Shown: positions 39,518 through 49,918 of the stretch, in pieces
How the letters are laid out: each line of letters starts with the position of its first letter
How positions within the stretch are numbered: the stretch's first letter is position 1
Origin: Candidatus Obscuribacteraceae bacterium
GTDB lineage: Bacteria; Cyanobacteriota; Vampirovibrionia; Obscuribacterales; Obscuribacteraceae
Assembly: GCA_044229845.1 (NCBI GenBank)
Contig: JBGASG010000010.1
Location: 1-64,000 of the forward strand
Reading direction: 5' to 3'
DNA: 64,000 bases
Notes under the pieces: generated by a model
Databases searched by the model: none
Told to the model about the DNA's origin: nothing
Seen by the model: the letters and a program-made list of their open reading frames with translations, nothing else
Made by a program: the position numbers and the translations under genes

Positions 39518-39545
39518 CCGTAAGATGTTTAGGGGAGTCAACAAA

Positions 39546-40913
39546 TTGGCAAACGTAGTTGTCGTCGGCGCACAATTCGGTGATGAAGGCAAGGCAAAAG
39601 TAACCGACCTGCTTTCCAAGAATGCGGACTTTGTCGTCCGCTACCAGGGTGGAGCGAACGCAGGTCATACCGTCGTCGTCGACGGCGAGACCTATAAGCT
39701 GCACCTCATCCCCAGTGGCATCATATATAGTGGCAAGACCTGCATCCTCGGACCGGGCATGGTGATCGATCCGAAAGCATACTTGAACGAGCTGAAGGCG
39801 CTTGTCGACCGCGGTCTGGACGACAAGAACCTGAAAGTTTCTTCCACCGCCCACGTGACGATGCCCTATCACCTGATTCTGGATGCCGCGGAGGAAGAAG
39901 CGCGCGGCTCTCAGAAGATCGGCACGACCAAACGCGGTATCGGTCCAACATATGCCGACAAGTGCGCCCGCATCGGCATCCGCATGGAAGACCTGATTGA
40001 CAAAGATGCTCTCAGGACGAAACTGGAATACATCGTACCCAAGAAAAACGTATTGCTGGAGCGGCTCTTCAACCTGCCGCCGCTTTCAGTGCAGGAGATC
40101 TTCGACGAGTACAGCCAGTACGGCGAGCGCATCGCCAAATATGTCACCGACACATCAGCAATTATTTTCGAAGCGGTGCACGCCCGCAAGAACATTCTTT
40201 TCGAAGGCGCGCAGGGCACTTTGCTCGACCTCGATCACGGCAGCTATCCATATGTCACATCGTCCAGCCCTTCGGCAGGCGGTGCTTGCGTCGGCGCCGG
40301 CATCGGACCGACGATTGTCGACCGCGTGATCGGCGTATCGAAAGCCTACATGACCCGCGTCGGCGAAGGTCCTTTCCCGACCGAGCAGTTTGGCGAAGTC
40401 GGCGAACAGTTGCGTCAGGTCGGCAAACCATGGGCGGAAGTCGGAGTGACCACCGGACGTCCGCGCCGCTGCGGCTGGTTCGACGCCGTGCTGGGCAGAT
40501 ACTCGGTGCGCATCAACGGACTCGATTGCCTGGCGATCACCAAACTCGACGTCCTCGATGACTTCAAAGAAATCAAAGTTTGTGTCGGCTACCGCGATCC
40601 GAAAAACGACGAGATTTACAGAGAGTTGCCCAGCATCGCCGGCTCCGTGTTCGGGCGCATGGAAGCGGTCTACGAGACCTTCCCGGGCTGGCAGAAATCC
40701 ACCACCGACTGCCGGTCTTTCTCAGATCTGCCGCAAGCGGCACAACGCTATCTCAACTTCATTCAGGATGAACTGGATGTGCCGGTGGCGATTGTCAGCG
40801 TCGGTCAAAATCGCGATCAAACAATCATCATCGAAGATCCGATTCACGGACCGAAGCGCGTCTTGACTCGCCCGGCCGTCAACCTCAACCAGCCGCAAGC
40901 TCAGATGCGCTAG
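39546..40913 (+). CDS. purA: Adenylosuccinate synthetase
   Basis: [60 protein letters not shown] before TTG 39546. Confidence 0.98.
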   Translation: MANVVVVGAQFGDEGKAKVTDLLSKNADFVVRYQGGANAGHTVVVDGETYKLHLIPSGIIYSGKTCILGPGMVIDPKAYLNELKALVDRGLDDKNLKVSSTAHVTMPYHLILDAAEEEARGSQKIGTTKRGIGPTYADKCARIGIRMEDLIDKDALRTKLEYIVPKKNVLLERLFNLPPLSVQEIFDEYSQYGERIAKYVTDTSAIIFEAVHARKNILFEGAQGTLLDLDHGSYPYVTSSSPSAGGACVGAGIGPTIVDRVIGVSKAYMTRVGEGPFPTEQFGEVGEQLRQVGKPWAEVGVTTGRPRRCGWFDAVLGRYSVRINGLDCLAITKLDVLDDFKEIKVCVGYRDPKNDEIYRELPSIAGSVFGRMEAVYETFPGWQKSTTDCRSFSDLPQAAQRYLNFIQDELDVPVAIVSVGQNRDQTIIIEDPIHGPKRVLTRPAVNLNQPQAQMR

Positions 40914-40929
40914 GTCAAAGTCGCGGCAT

Positions 40930-41859
40930 TCAGTGCTGCCACTGGGAAAAAAACTTGCCAACCTCAGCAGCCAGTCCGTGCAGACCAGTGCGGATGCGCA
41001 AAGCGACGTTGTTCTTTTTTGCGCGGCACCGCTCGATGCCGGTCAACGCCGATGCCGAATCCGGGTCGTATTCCAGGAGAGTGCGATATTCCGCAATCGC
41101 CCCGTCGAAGTCGCCTCCGAAAAGCTCCAGGTTGCGCGCCAGCCGCAAGCGAGCTTCCGTTTCAAAGGGATTTTTGGTCAGGATGGTTCTCAACACCTGC
41201 CGCGCCCGGTCGGGATGATTCATGCGTTGTTCCAGATCCGCCAGTTCGATCTGCCAGGCGGTTGGATCTTGCGAAAGCGCTATGGCGGTTTCCAAATAAC
41301 GACTGGCCTGGTTGAAGTCGCCTTTGCGCACTTTCACTTCATAACAGAGATGCAGCACCTCCGGATTGGCGGCACCGGTCCCGATCATCGACTGCAACTC
41401 TTTTTCCGCATCGTTGACTTTGTCCGTATCAAGCAAGGCTTCAACGTAAGCCAGCTGTGCGCCCAGGTTGGCAGGGTCGAGACTCTTAGCCCTGATCGCC
41501 GAAGATAAGGCTTCCTTGAAGTCGAGGTTGTCCAGCTGCAGTTGCGAGATGACAACATGAGCTTCCACATTCTGCGGTTGCAGTGCCACCACCCGCTGAA
41601 ACATCTGCAATGCCTGGCGCGGTTTCCCTGAACTGCGCAAAATACTTCCGTACTCGACGAGCAAGGGCACGTCGTTGGGATGCTGCTTGAGCAATTCCAC
41701 CGCTTCCGCCTGCGCCTGATACAGCTTGCCTTCCTTGAACAGCTGGTGCAGTTTCTCAGCAGCAGACGGCGCTGCCAACACTTTCGCTTCCGCAGTCAGC
41801 GACAATGCGACAAACAAGCTGACAAGGGAAGCTGATTGTGCGCGCATGAAAAAAGACAT
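40930..41859 (-). CDS. Exported TPR protein (divergent DVAxQ-tail family member)
   Basis: Signal peptide, TPR repeats, C-terminal RCRAKKNNVALRIR. Confidence 0.8.
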   Translation of the reverse strand: MSFFMRAQSASLVSLFVALSLTAEAKVLAAPSAAEKLHQLFKEGKLYQAQAEAVELLKQHPNDVPLLVEYGSILRSSGKPRQALQMFQRVVALQPQNVEAHVVISQLQLDNLDFKEALSSAIRAKSLDPANLGAQLAYVEALLDTDKVNDAEKELQSMIGTGAANPEVLHLCYEVKVRKGDFNQASRYLETAIALSQDPTAWQIELADLEQRMNHPDRARQVLRTILTKNPFETEARLRLARNLELFGGDFDGAIAEYRTLLEYDPDSASALTGIERCRAKKNNVALRIRTGLHGLAAEVGKFFSQWQH

Positions 41860-44361
41860 ATTGATATGGTATCAGACACGTTAAATGTTCCAGTATCATT
41901 CACTTTCATGATCAACAGCGCGTACCCGGCAGACACAGCCCGCTCCGAATCGATCGTCTTGATCGCGGCGCTCGTCCTTTTGTCGGGATTGATCACCAGC
42001 GTCTATATCCTTGGCGTTCATCAAGGAGCGATTCAGGGCCGCCGGCAAAACGCCGTCGAACACGCGGCCCGGATGGCAGCAGAGGAGCTGTCTACCGTCA
42101 CCGTCTCCGACTCCCGTTTTGGCGAAGTCGGTCTTACGGACCGTTTGATCTCTTTGCCCGGGCAGCCGGCTTCTAAAGCGCGCCGCGTCACCGGCATCAA
42201 CACGATGTTTGCCACTTTGCGCATCGACCTTTTGATCGCAGAAAAACTCGGTTTGCGCAGCATCGCCTCGATGGTCTCGGCCGATCTGGAAAAGGCCGAC
42301 GAAGTACGCGAGTCACTGCGCTCCAAGCTGCTGGCAGCCTCCTTCGTCGAAACCAATCCCAACAGCAAAGAAGGTCATGCAATCTGGTCGCGTGTCGGGC
42401 AGATTCTTGAGAAATCCACGTCCAACACAGGCGAAAAACTCACCACTTATAGTGTCAGCCTCGGACATCTCACCAAGCCGATGGTCACCACCACCGTCTC
42501 GCCGTCCTTTGAACCGACATCCAGCAAAGACGGGTTTTATCTGAGCGGCGTGGATATAACGATGCCGCACGGCAAGCCGCTGCGCTTCACGGAAATTCGC
42601 CCGAAAACTACTTTCGTCGACGCCAATCTGTTCACACCAGAACCTCAATACCTGCCACCGACAGTGGTGCGAGTCACGGCCAATTTCGACGTTCCCGCTC
42701 AAGGCAAAACCCCTTCCCGCAAGCTGGTGCGCACCGCCTGCGCAGTGATCGGCGGTGCATCCGAGCCACCGGCTCCGGCCACGTTGCTGGTATCTTTCCC
42801 ATTCGGCGCACCACCGCAATTTACAACCGTGCGCTCGCTGCTGGGCTTCTCCAACTGGACCGGCGACGGCACCTGGTTGCGGGCAGTGGGCGGTCCGGTA
42901 CCGGGCACGGGGCACCTGGTCGCCGACCCTCATGCGACCCAGGAAAATCTTTTACCGCAGCAAGCCATTCAGGTTGCTTTTTACGACTGGCTCAGACAAT
43001 CAGGTCCTACGATCAAGCTGGAACGTGTTCGCGAACTACTGGATGCGCCATGGCCGGTCGCGACCGTCGAGGGCGAAGCGTCGACCCGACAAAATAGCGC
43101 CGTCACCTACGAGACGGGCGCCCGCAGCTATGCCGTAATCAACCAGTCGGAGCCCGGCGGCAGCGGTCAACAGTTGCTCTCCGAAGTCTTCAAGGCCAAG
43201 ATTTCGCAGAAATCCTTTCCGGCTTCGGCGCTGCCCCTCTTTATCGATCAGCAAGGGAACTGCAATTTGCCTGGTCGTCACGGCATGGACAAGAGCTTCG
43301 TGCTCAGCTTCATTCAAGATCTATACGAAACAAACCTGGCCAGCATCGAAACCCACAACATTGCCCGCACCATATTGGACCGCATGAATACTGCCATCGA
43401 GCAGCAACTTCAGAATCTTTCCATCGAACGAGAAGAACTGCACTCCATCGAGCTGCGCCTGGCGCGCCTGAAGAAAGTCAAAGAACATGATGCCGACCCG
43501 CAGCATGCTCTCGAGTTGGAGAAACAGGAGAACTTGCACAAGGCAAAACTGGAGAAAGTAGGGGCGATCGCCGGACTTCTCAACGAACACGAAGCGGTGC
43601 GCGAGCGAGCCCGCCTGGCGCTGCGCAACGCCGATGCCGCGTGGCTATCCACCTGGGATATCGGTAGCAAGTTAAGCCTCTACACACGCGGCGGACTGCA
43701 CCGAGTTGGTTCGCCCTGTTCGGGCTATTTGCTCGGACTGAAGCAGGTATTCACTCCGCAGCCGGTGCCGATTGCGGAAGAAGACATCTACGAAAAGTCC
43801 CCCGATCAACACCAGCCCCCGCAGCAAAGCGCGGCTTTCTGGCTGACCCCCAGTCTGCAGGTGTTGCTGCCGGCCGACGACGGTTTTATCGTCGAGGGTT
43901 TGCCGCTCTCGGAAGTACGCCAGCGGTTTCGCGCTCCGGACACAGCGCCGCCGGCTTTCTATGCCTGGACTTCATCGCAATTGACCAGCGACCAAAAACT
44001 CGAATCGCGCTCGCTGCGGCAATCACCCTTCGAGAATACCGGCATCGAGAAGACACAGTTGCTCTACCTGGCTGCTGATGCCATTCGCACCGGACAAAAT
44101 CCCGAGGTGACGTGGACGCTTTTAATCAGAGACGAAGTAGCATCAAAAGGAGCCGCCGCCGGTGAACCGGTCCGTGGCCACCAGGGGTGGTGCGCGGAGA
44201 ACTCACTCAGTTTCGAGGAATGCCCGGGATTGGCCTGTGAAATTCAGATGCGAGCGCCGCTGCCGCTGCTCCCCGATCTGCCGGCCGGACCAAGCGTGAT
44301 CAGCCCGCGCGGCGCCGAGCGCACAGCTTTGATACCACCGACACCGCTCAGCATGCTCTGA
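41836..44361 (+). CDS. Large membrane-anchored hypothetical protein with Tad/TadG-like N-terminus and coiled coil
   Basis: TM helix followed by QNAVEHAARMAAEEL, resembling the Tad-domain QxAxDxAAxAAA; start uncertain (possibly 41908). Confidence 0.65.
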   Translation: MCAHEKRHIDMVSDTLNVPVSFTFMINSAYPADTARSESIVLIAALVLLSGLITSVYILGVHQGAIQGRRQNAVEHAARMAAEELSTVTVSDSRFGEVGLTDRLISLPGQPASKARRVTGINTMFATLRIDLLIAEKLGLRSIASMVSADLEKADEVRESLRSKLLAASFVETNPNSKEGHAIWSRVGQILEKSTSNTGEKLTTYSVSLGHLTKPMVTTTVSPSFEPTSSKDGFYLSGVDITMPHGKPLRFTEIRPKTTFVDANLFTPEPQYLPPTVVRVTANFDVPAQGKTPSRKLVRTACAVIGGASEPPAPATLLVSFPFGAPPQFTTVRSLLGFSNWTGDGTWLRAVGGPVPGTGHLVADPHATQENLLPQQAIQVAFYDWLRQSGPTIKLERVRELLDAPWPVATVEGEASTRQNSAVTYETGARSYAVINQSEPGGSGQQLLSEVFKAKISQKSFPASALPLFIDQQGNCNLPGRHGMDKSFVLSFIQDLYETNLASIETHNIARTILDRMNTAIEQQLQNLSIEREELHSIELRLARLKKVKEHDADPQHALELEKQENLHKAKLEKVGAIAGLLNEHEAVRERARLALRNADAAWLSTWDIGSKLSLYTRGGLHRVGSPCSGYLLGLKQVFTPQPVPIAEEDIYEKSPDQHQPPQQSAAFWLTPSLQVLLPADDGFIVEGLPLSEVRQRFRAPDTAPPAFYAWTSSQLTSDQKLESRSLRQSPFENTGIEKTQLLYLAADAIRTGQNPEVTWTLLIRDEVASKGAAAGEPVRGHQGWCAENSLSFEECPGLACEIQMRAPLPLLPDLPAGPSVISPRGAERTALIPPTPLSML

Positions 44362-44373
44362 CGGCCAGCTAAG

Positions 44374-44859
44374 CTATTTCACCAGTTCCACAGAAGTGAC
44401 CTTCAACACCCGCACCCCGCCTTTAGTAGCCAAATGACCTTTCACTTTCACACGCTTTGCCACAAAAGGCGCCAGCAAATCTTTGCAGCCGGTGTAGGCT
44501 TTGTGCTTGACGCACAAGTAGAGCAGTCCTTTGTCGTCGACGATACCGGGCGTCACACCACCCATTACGCAAGCAAGCGCGCACGATTGATGGTGAGCCC
44601 CGCGTCCATCACCCATCACTTGCGAGGCATAGCACCATGAGTCTACGACTTCGCCGACCAGTTCAACCGGCACCGCCACCGGTGCCAGATGTCCGGAGGC
44701 ACCGCCTGCGGCTTGCTGCCCACCCGGCTGTGCGGCGGGTTTCCCGGTGGTCGGCACCGCCGGTTTCTTCACTGGATCTGCAGCCAACCCTGGTGTGATA
44801 GGCAGGCAGAGGATGACGAGACAGAAGAGCGAAATACACAACTTTGATCGTTGCGGCAT
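44374..44859 (-). CDS. Exported Cys-containing hypothetical protein
   Basis: Signal peptide; GEVVDSWCY...H.SCA.ACV.GG.P.I motif. Confidence 0.7.
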   Translation of the reverse strand: MPQRSKLCISLFCLVILCLPITPGLAADPVKKPAVPTTGKPAAQPGGQQAAGGASGHLAPVAVPVELVGEVVDSWCYASQVMGDGRGAHHQSCALACVMGGVTPGIVDDKGLLYLCVKHKAYTGCKDLLAPFVAKRVKVKGHLATKGGVRVLKVTSVELVK

Positions 44860-44871
44860 ACAAACTTCCTG

Positions 44872-45396
44872 TTAACGGCGGCGCCCGCAGGCAGTCGGCG
44901 TCACGGTCACGGTCTCGAACTGGCTGGCATCAAGCACTTGAGCCTTCTTATCCAGCGTGGCCGCCGAACCCCAGTTGGAGGTAGAGTCTTTCTTGGCGGT
45001 TGCTCCAGCGCCACTGGCTTGAGCGACTGTCGAGCCGGAGCTCAAGCCCGGCTTTGCCTTCTCCAGCGCAGTATAAGCCGCCCAAGAGCGATAACGCACT
45101 TCGGCATCTTTGGAATTATCGTAGTTCCATTTGAATTCCTGCTTGGCACCGGCCCAGTTGCCGATGGCTTGGTAAGCCAGTCCAAGGTAATAGTGAGTGT
45201 AAGGATGATTGCGGTTGGCAGCCGAAACTTTCTTCAGTTTGGCAATCGCCTCCGGATATTTCTTAGCGTTGTAATCGGCGACGGCGCCGTTGAGTTCAGC
45301 AGGACATCCCGCCAGACAGGGGGCGCAGATCAAAACCAGATTGGTCACGCTCAGACAGACAGCCAGTGCCCCACGCAGGGCCGCAGATTTTTTCAT
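44872..45396 (-). CDS. Exported short TPR protein
   Basis: AGGA RBS, signal peptide, HYYLGLAYQ.IGN..GA..EF TPR. Confidence 0.75.
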   Translation of the reverse strand: MKKSAALRGALAVCLSVTNLVLICAPCLAGCPAELNGAVADYNAKKYPEAIAKLKKVSAANRNHPYTHYYLGLAYQAIGNWAGAKQEFKWNYDNSKDAEVRYRSWAAYTALEKAKPGLSSGSTVAQASGAGATAKKDSTSNWGSAATLDKKAQVLDASQFETVTVTPTACGRRR

Positions 45397-45419
45397 TAGT
45401 GCAATCCTTTCCTATGGAC

Positions 45420-45887
45420 TTAGATGCCCGGGTCGCGACCCAGTTCTTCCTGAGGTCTCGTAGTCGAGAAGGTAAACGGCATATCAGCGCTGAGCCCTGG
45501 AATAGCAACGAAAAAGGGGATGCGCAAGAACGGTTCACAAACCACACGCGTCTGCAGCTGAACAGTCATCGAGTTGTCCGCATGAGTCACCCAGGTCGGG
45601 CCGACATGCGTGACGTCGCTGGAGGCCAGTTTCAAGAAATTGGCAAATGCTGTGCTGGTGAATTCATTGTCCACACGCTGTATCCCCTGACTGGCTTCAG
45701 CAGCGATCGGACGACGCAGGGCTATTTCGCGCAGTTCCGCGTTGTGCAGCAAAAAGCAGAAGCAATAGTTGGCGGCAATGCCGAGCAAGTCGATCAAGGG
45801 AAAGAAGATCAGGAGCAACAGCACAAACAGTGCCGGACCTGTCTCAGTAATGGCGCTGCCCCGACGAGAGCGCAGTCTCAACTTCAT
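45420..45887 (-). CDS. TadE-like pseudopilin
   Basis: GAGGAG RBS; RSRRG|SAITETGPALFVLLLLIFFPLIDL. Confidence 0.75.
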   Translation of the reverse strand: MKLRLRSRRGSAITETGPALFVLLLLIFFPLIDLLGIAANYCFCFLLHNAELREIALRRPIAAEASQGIQRVDNEFTSTAFANFLKLASSDVTHVGPTWVTHADNSMTVQLQTRVVCEPFLRIPFFVAIPGLSADMPFTFSTTRPQEELGRDPGI

Positions 45888-45896
45888 ATTCTCTCC

Positions 45897-47231
45897 TCAG
45901 GCACTGCTGACGGTGCCCTGTTTGCGGCGGCGTAACAGTTGCTTGATTTGCCAGGCTACGTCACGCTTGCTGTTCTCTAGTCTATTGCTAAATCTGAGTG
46001 CCGACAAGACGATTTGGGTGTCCTGGGGCGCCAGATCGAGCGCTTTGCGATAGCACATTGCAGCCGATCCCATGTCGCCGGCCCCCTCAAAGTCACGAGC
46101 CAACCGATACCAGCCTCTGGCCAGTCGCGGATCTTCAAGCAACCCCTTCTCGTAAGTGGCAATTGCTTCCCGCCGCCGCCCCAAACGGTCGAGGACATCG
46201 GCAAGTCCGAAAAAAAGACGAGGTCCCTCAGCCCGCCCGCCCAGGCGACGTCTGGCCATGGCGGCCACATTGGCCGTCTGGGAGGCGTTCAAAAACCGCT
46301 CCAGATAAGCCACACGTTTTTTGACGCGCTCCATGTCTTCTTGCTTGGTGGTCAATGCCATCTGGTAGAGAGCCGGCTCCAGGGCGTCTGCGTAGAAGCC
46401 CTGCGCTTGATAGCTGCGGGACAGCAATTCAGCGATGCCCGGATGGGTGGAGCGCTCTTCATAGGCCTTCTTCAGATAGGGCACCGCCTGACTGGGGTGC
46501 CCCGACAGGAAAAGGGCTTGCCCCTTCATCAAGTTGGCGTAGAAGTGGTCAGGTTTTACTTTCAGGTCATCATCAGCCAGCTTGATAGCGTCCGCATAAC
46601 GGCCTTGATTAATGCGCAACGCGGCGATCATCGACTTGACGCCGGTGACGGCTCGCGGCGAATGCAAAGCCTGATTGAGTTTGTCTTCTGCTTTCTGATT
46701 GCGTCCCTGCGAAAATTCGTAGAGCCCCTGCATATACAGGACTGCCGGATCTTCGGGAAAACGATAAGCCATATAGCCGAGAAGTTTGTATGCGCCGACG
46801 CGATCCTCGGCATCCAATTTGGACTGGAATAGCTCAAGCAAAGCGCCCGGTCTGGTCGGGTCCAGCTCGTCGGCTTTGCGGAACTCGAGTTCAGCCAGAC
46901 TGGCATACCCGGCCATATCGAGGGCTCGCCCGAGGATGAAATGCGCCCGAGCGTTTTTCGGGTCGCGCTCGACCACGTGTCCCAGTTTCTCGATCACTGC
47001 GGTGGTGGCGTTGCCATCCTCGACCTGTTTTTCCAGGGCTGCCAGCTCAGATCCCGGCGCGGCGGCTTCTGTAGCCGCCACCGCATGCGGTGCCAGGGCT
47101 GGTGCAGACCAGGCGCTGGCGGTTTGAAGCGTCACGGATGAGCAGAGGATGAAACCAACTGCCAGAGACAATTTCAAGGTCAGGAGACGATTATTCAGAT
47201 GGAACCGACTTCGGCATGTTGAAGACGACAT
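45897..47231 (-). CDS. Exported TPR protein (DVAxQ-tail family)
   Basis: Signal peptide, TPRs, C-terminal RLENSKRDVAWQIKQLLRRR; start uncertain. Confidence 0.82.
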   Translation of the reverse strand: MSSSTCRSRFHLNNRLLTLKLSLAVGFILCSSVTLQTASAWSAPALAPHAVAATEAAAPGSELAALEKQVEDGNATTAVIEKLGHVVERDPKNARAHFILGRALDMAGYASLAELEFRKADELDPTRPGALLELFQSKLDAEDRVGAYKLLGYMAYRFPEDPAVLYMQGLYEFSQGRNQKAEDKLNQALHSPRAVTGVKSMIAALRINQGRYADAIKLADDDLKVKPDHFYANLMKGQALFLSGHPSQAVPYLKKAYEERSTHPGIAELLSRSYQAQGFYADALEPALYQMALTTKQEDMERVKKRVAYLERFLNASQTANVAAMARRRLGGRAEGPRLFFGLADVLDRLGRRREAIATYEKGLLEDPRLARGWYRLARDFEGAGDMGSAAMCYRKALDLAPQDTQIVLSALRFSNRLENSKRDVAWQIKQLLRRRKQGTVSSA

Positions 47232-47685
47232 TTAACTGGCAAGCGTACTGAGCGTTGTTGGAGGGGAAGGTGATGATCGTGGTGTTCATGTTTTTGTAGC
47301 GGGCGGTCACCATTCTTTCGGTCGTTTGCCCGACGGTCCAGTGAAAGTTGATCAGCGCTTGCTTGTACCAGCCCAGCACCGCAGCAGCCGCATCGGTGCA
47401 GGCATAGCGCATGGTTATTTCAGCACCGCCATCCTTGCGATAACGCACGTTGCCCCAGAGAAACTGTCCGCCACCAGCCCAGGCCGGGAAGTTGGGCAGA
47501 TCAATGGCTTTTGTCAGTACTTTAAACTCACCGCTGGCCTGCAGCTGATCGATCTGGGTTTTGCCTGCAGTCCGCGGCGCCGGTTGCGTCTGGGTCGGAT
47601 GTTGCTGCTGCGCAGACCCCGGCATTGCCGGCGTCAGCAGCAACACGGTCGCAGTCGCAGTCAGCGTCTGGCGTCTGCTCAACAT
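47191..47685 (-). CDS. Small exported protein, paralog of 62286..62837
   Basis: MLSRRQTL twin-arginine-like signal; DLPN.P, V..WY...L...W motif; start overlaps the upstream stop. Confidence 0.7.
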   Translation of the reverse strand: MLSRRQTLTATATVLLLTPAMPGSAQQQHPTQTQPAPRTAGKTQIDQLQASGEFKVLTKAIDLPNFPAWAGGGQFLWGNVRYRKDGGAEITMRYACTDAAAAVLGWYKQALINFHWTVGQTTERMVTARYKNMNTTIITFPSNNAQYACQLNVVFNMPKSVPSE

Positions 47686-49736
47686 GGGCAGCACCATTGT
47701 CCGCCGCCGCTGGAGCAGTTGCGGAAGCGCAGGACGCCGAGCAGGTTGTTGCTGCCCGAGTGCGGACGCCACTGCGTTCTGTCGAGAGTGGTGGCACCAG
47801 GACCGGCGGGGCAATCCCACGGGTTCGGATAGCCGCCCTCGTTGGGCAGGTTGATCAATCCGCCACCATGGGTGAAGCCTTCCACGTTGGCTTGTCTGGT
47901 TGCATAACCAGGCGTGCCTGGATTCGGGAACGGACCATCGGGAATGACGGAGTTGGGATTGTCGAAGTCGATGTTTTGCGGAACCTGCCAGCCTTGCGGA
48001 TACTGGCTTACCGGTCCCATGGTCAACTGGTGCGTGTTGGGGTTGACGAAGATGATGCGCACTTCGCCGAAAGGCACGCGGCCGTTGGCCAGCAAGGCGT
48101 CGATATCCTGGTCGCGCACCAGCGGATCCATCTGGTGCATGCGCGTGCGCATGTCGGATTGGATGAAGGTGGTGCTGGTGGTCATCTGGTTGAGCAAACC
48201 GCCGAGGGTCGGGTTGGCGTCACCAAACGGAATCTGCGACGGGTTGCTGCGAATGTCGAGCGGGTAGGTCTTCAGTCCCGTGCAGGGATAGTTGCCGAAT
48301 GCCGTGCGGCAGGCAGATCCGCCGAAGTCTACGCCGGCTCTGACTTCCAGAACGAGCGCCTTGAAGCGTTCGATGGCCATCAGGTTGTCCGTCTGTTGCG
48401 GTGGTCCGAAGCGCGACGGCGAGTAGGTGTTGTTGAAGGCCGTCTGCAAGCCGTTGCACGGAGGAGAACCGACGCTCGCCGGCGTGTTGTCGCAGTTGAA
48501 TACCGTGGGGTTGGAGCCGGGTCCGAAGTCATTGACCAGTTGCGTAGCCGAGAAGCTCGATGGTGAGTCAATGAAGTTGCCCTGGCTGAGCCAGTTGGTG
48601 GCTGCCGCTTCGCGACCCGATTGAGTCTGCGGCTGAGCATTGGCGATGTCTTGACGAAGCGCGTTGTAATCGGCGTTTTCCGAAATATATGTGTGTCCGT
48701 TCGACTGAGCGACGTTGACTATGTTCATCAGGGCGACGAACATGTCGGGAGCGCGTCCGGGCGGGCTGGGCAGAGTTTGCACCGGTCCGGAAAGTGACGC
48801 GCCGGCATTGTCTACCAGGATGAAACCGCGAGGGATGGCAGTGCCGTAGTCGAGGTTGAGCGAGCCGACGACGGCGCACGCTCTGGTCAAGATCGAATTG
48901 TTCGTTTGCAGCGTCTCGTTAGCGCGACCGCCTGAACGGAAGGCATTGGGCGGCAGAAGCGGATTGGCGCGAGTGCCGAGTATCGGTGTTTGCGAGACGG
49001 TGGCATGGAAATCATCCAGTGAGACGCCGTGCGGTTGTTCGCCGGGGCGCAGAGGCACTGCGACTGGACGCACCGTGCCGGTGCCGAGGCTGGTGTAGCC
49101 GCGCAGGAAGAGTTTGCCACTCTGGTTGAAAACACTGGAATTGTCGTTGGCGAAATTGAGCCCGTTGGGAATCTGGTTGTTTCTGATGTAGACGTTACTG
49201 GCGGCGTTGCGCTTCATAAACGCATTCTGAGTTTCTCCCTGAACGTCTTGCGTATTGCTATTGCCCAGCATGCGCAGAGCATTCTGCGTCGACACATTCT
49301 GGAAGAAGCCTTTGACGTTGTTGTGTTGCGAGAGGTTCGTAGCGAGCCGGTTGCCGATGCCCGTGTCGCCTTCCAGCATATTGAAAATCGCCTGGGCATT
49401 GGTGCGCGCCTGCGGAGTGCCCTCGGCTTGCGCATTCAGTGCCACCAAGGTCGCTTTGCCGACCAGGCGGTTGAAGGTGAGCAAATTGACTTCGCCGTTG
49501 ACGTCGGTCAGATCACCGAACTCATTCAGTTCGTTGCCGGAAAGCGTAAATCCCGGCGAACGCAAGGCTTGCTTGGCTACGTTGAGGTTGCCGGCATCGG
49601 TGGCTCGTTGCAATTCGGTGCCACCACCGGTAATCATTTGATAGAAGAAGAAAGCGATTCCAAGGAGTACCAGCAGCAATCCGAGCGATGCCACGAAAGC
49701 CAGGGTGCCTCCGATACTTCGACGTCGCGTAGCCAT
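47679..49736 (-). CDS. Large TadG-like pilin-anchored protein ending in CCPC
   Basis: RRRSIG|GTL leader, TM helix, ELQRATDAGNLNVAK Tad-like helix, Asn/Gly/Thr/Cys-rich body; GAGG RBS. Confidence 0.75.
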   Translation of the reverse strand: MATRRRSIGGTLAFVASLGLLLVLLGIAFFFYQMITGGGTELQRATDAGNLNVAKQALRSPGFTLSGNELNEFGDLTDVNGEVNLLTFNRLVGKATLVALNAQAEGTPQARTNAQAIFNMLEGDTGIGNRLATNLSQHNNVKGFFQNVSTQNALRMLGNSNTQDVQGETQNAFMKRNAASNVYIRNNQIPNGLNFANDNSSVFNQSGKLFLRGYTSLGTGTVRPVAVPLRPGEQPHGVSLDDFHATVSQTPILGTRANPLLPPNAFRSGGRANETLQTNNSILTRACAVVGSLNLDYGTAIPRGFILVDNAGASLSGPVQTLPSPPGRAPDMFVALMNIVNVAQSNGHTYISENADYNALRQDIANAQPQTQSGREAAATNWLSQGNFIDSPSSFSATQLVNDFGPGSNPTVFNCDNTPASVGSPPCNGLQTAFNNTYSPSRFGPPQQTDNLMAIERFKALVLEVRAGVDFGGSACRTAFGNYPCTGLKTYPLDIRSNPSQIPFGDANPTLGGLLNQMTTSTTFIQSDMRTRMHQMDPLVRDQDIDALLANGRVPFGEVRIIFVNPNTHQLTMGPVSQYPQGWQVPQNIDFDNPNSVIPDGPFPNPGTPGYATRQANVEGFTHGGGLINLPNEGGYPNPWDCPAGPGATTLDRTQWRPHSGSNNLLGVLRFRNCSSGGGQWCCPC

Positions 49737-49918
49737 GTAATCGAACCTCAACGAGTAAGAAGGAAAATGAATGAAAGGAAAAGGAAAAGGAGTGTACCGA
49801 ACGAATGAAAGAGCGGACGCGAATCAAGGAAACGCGACCCCAAAGCTGCACACAGTTACCGTTTCGGCTGAAGATTAGCGCGTGATAATCTTGTGTTCTG
49901 GAACATTATCTGCATTTA

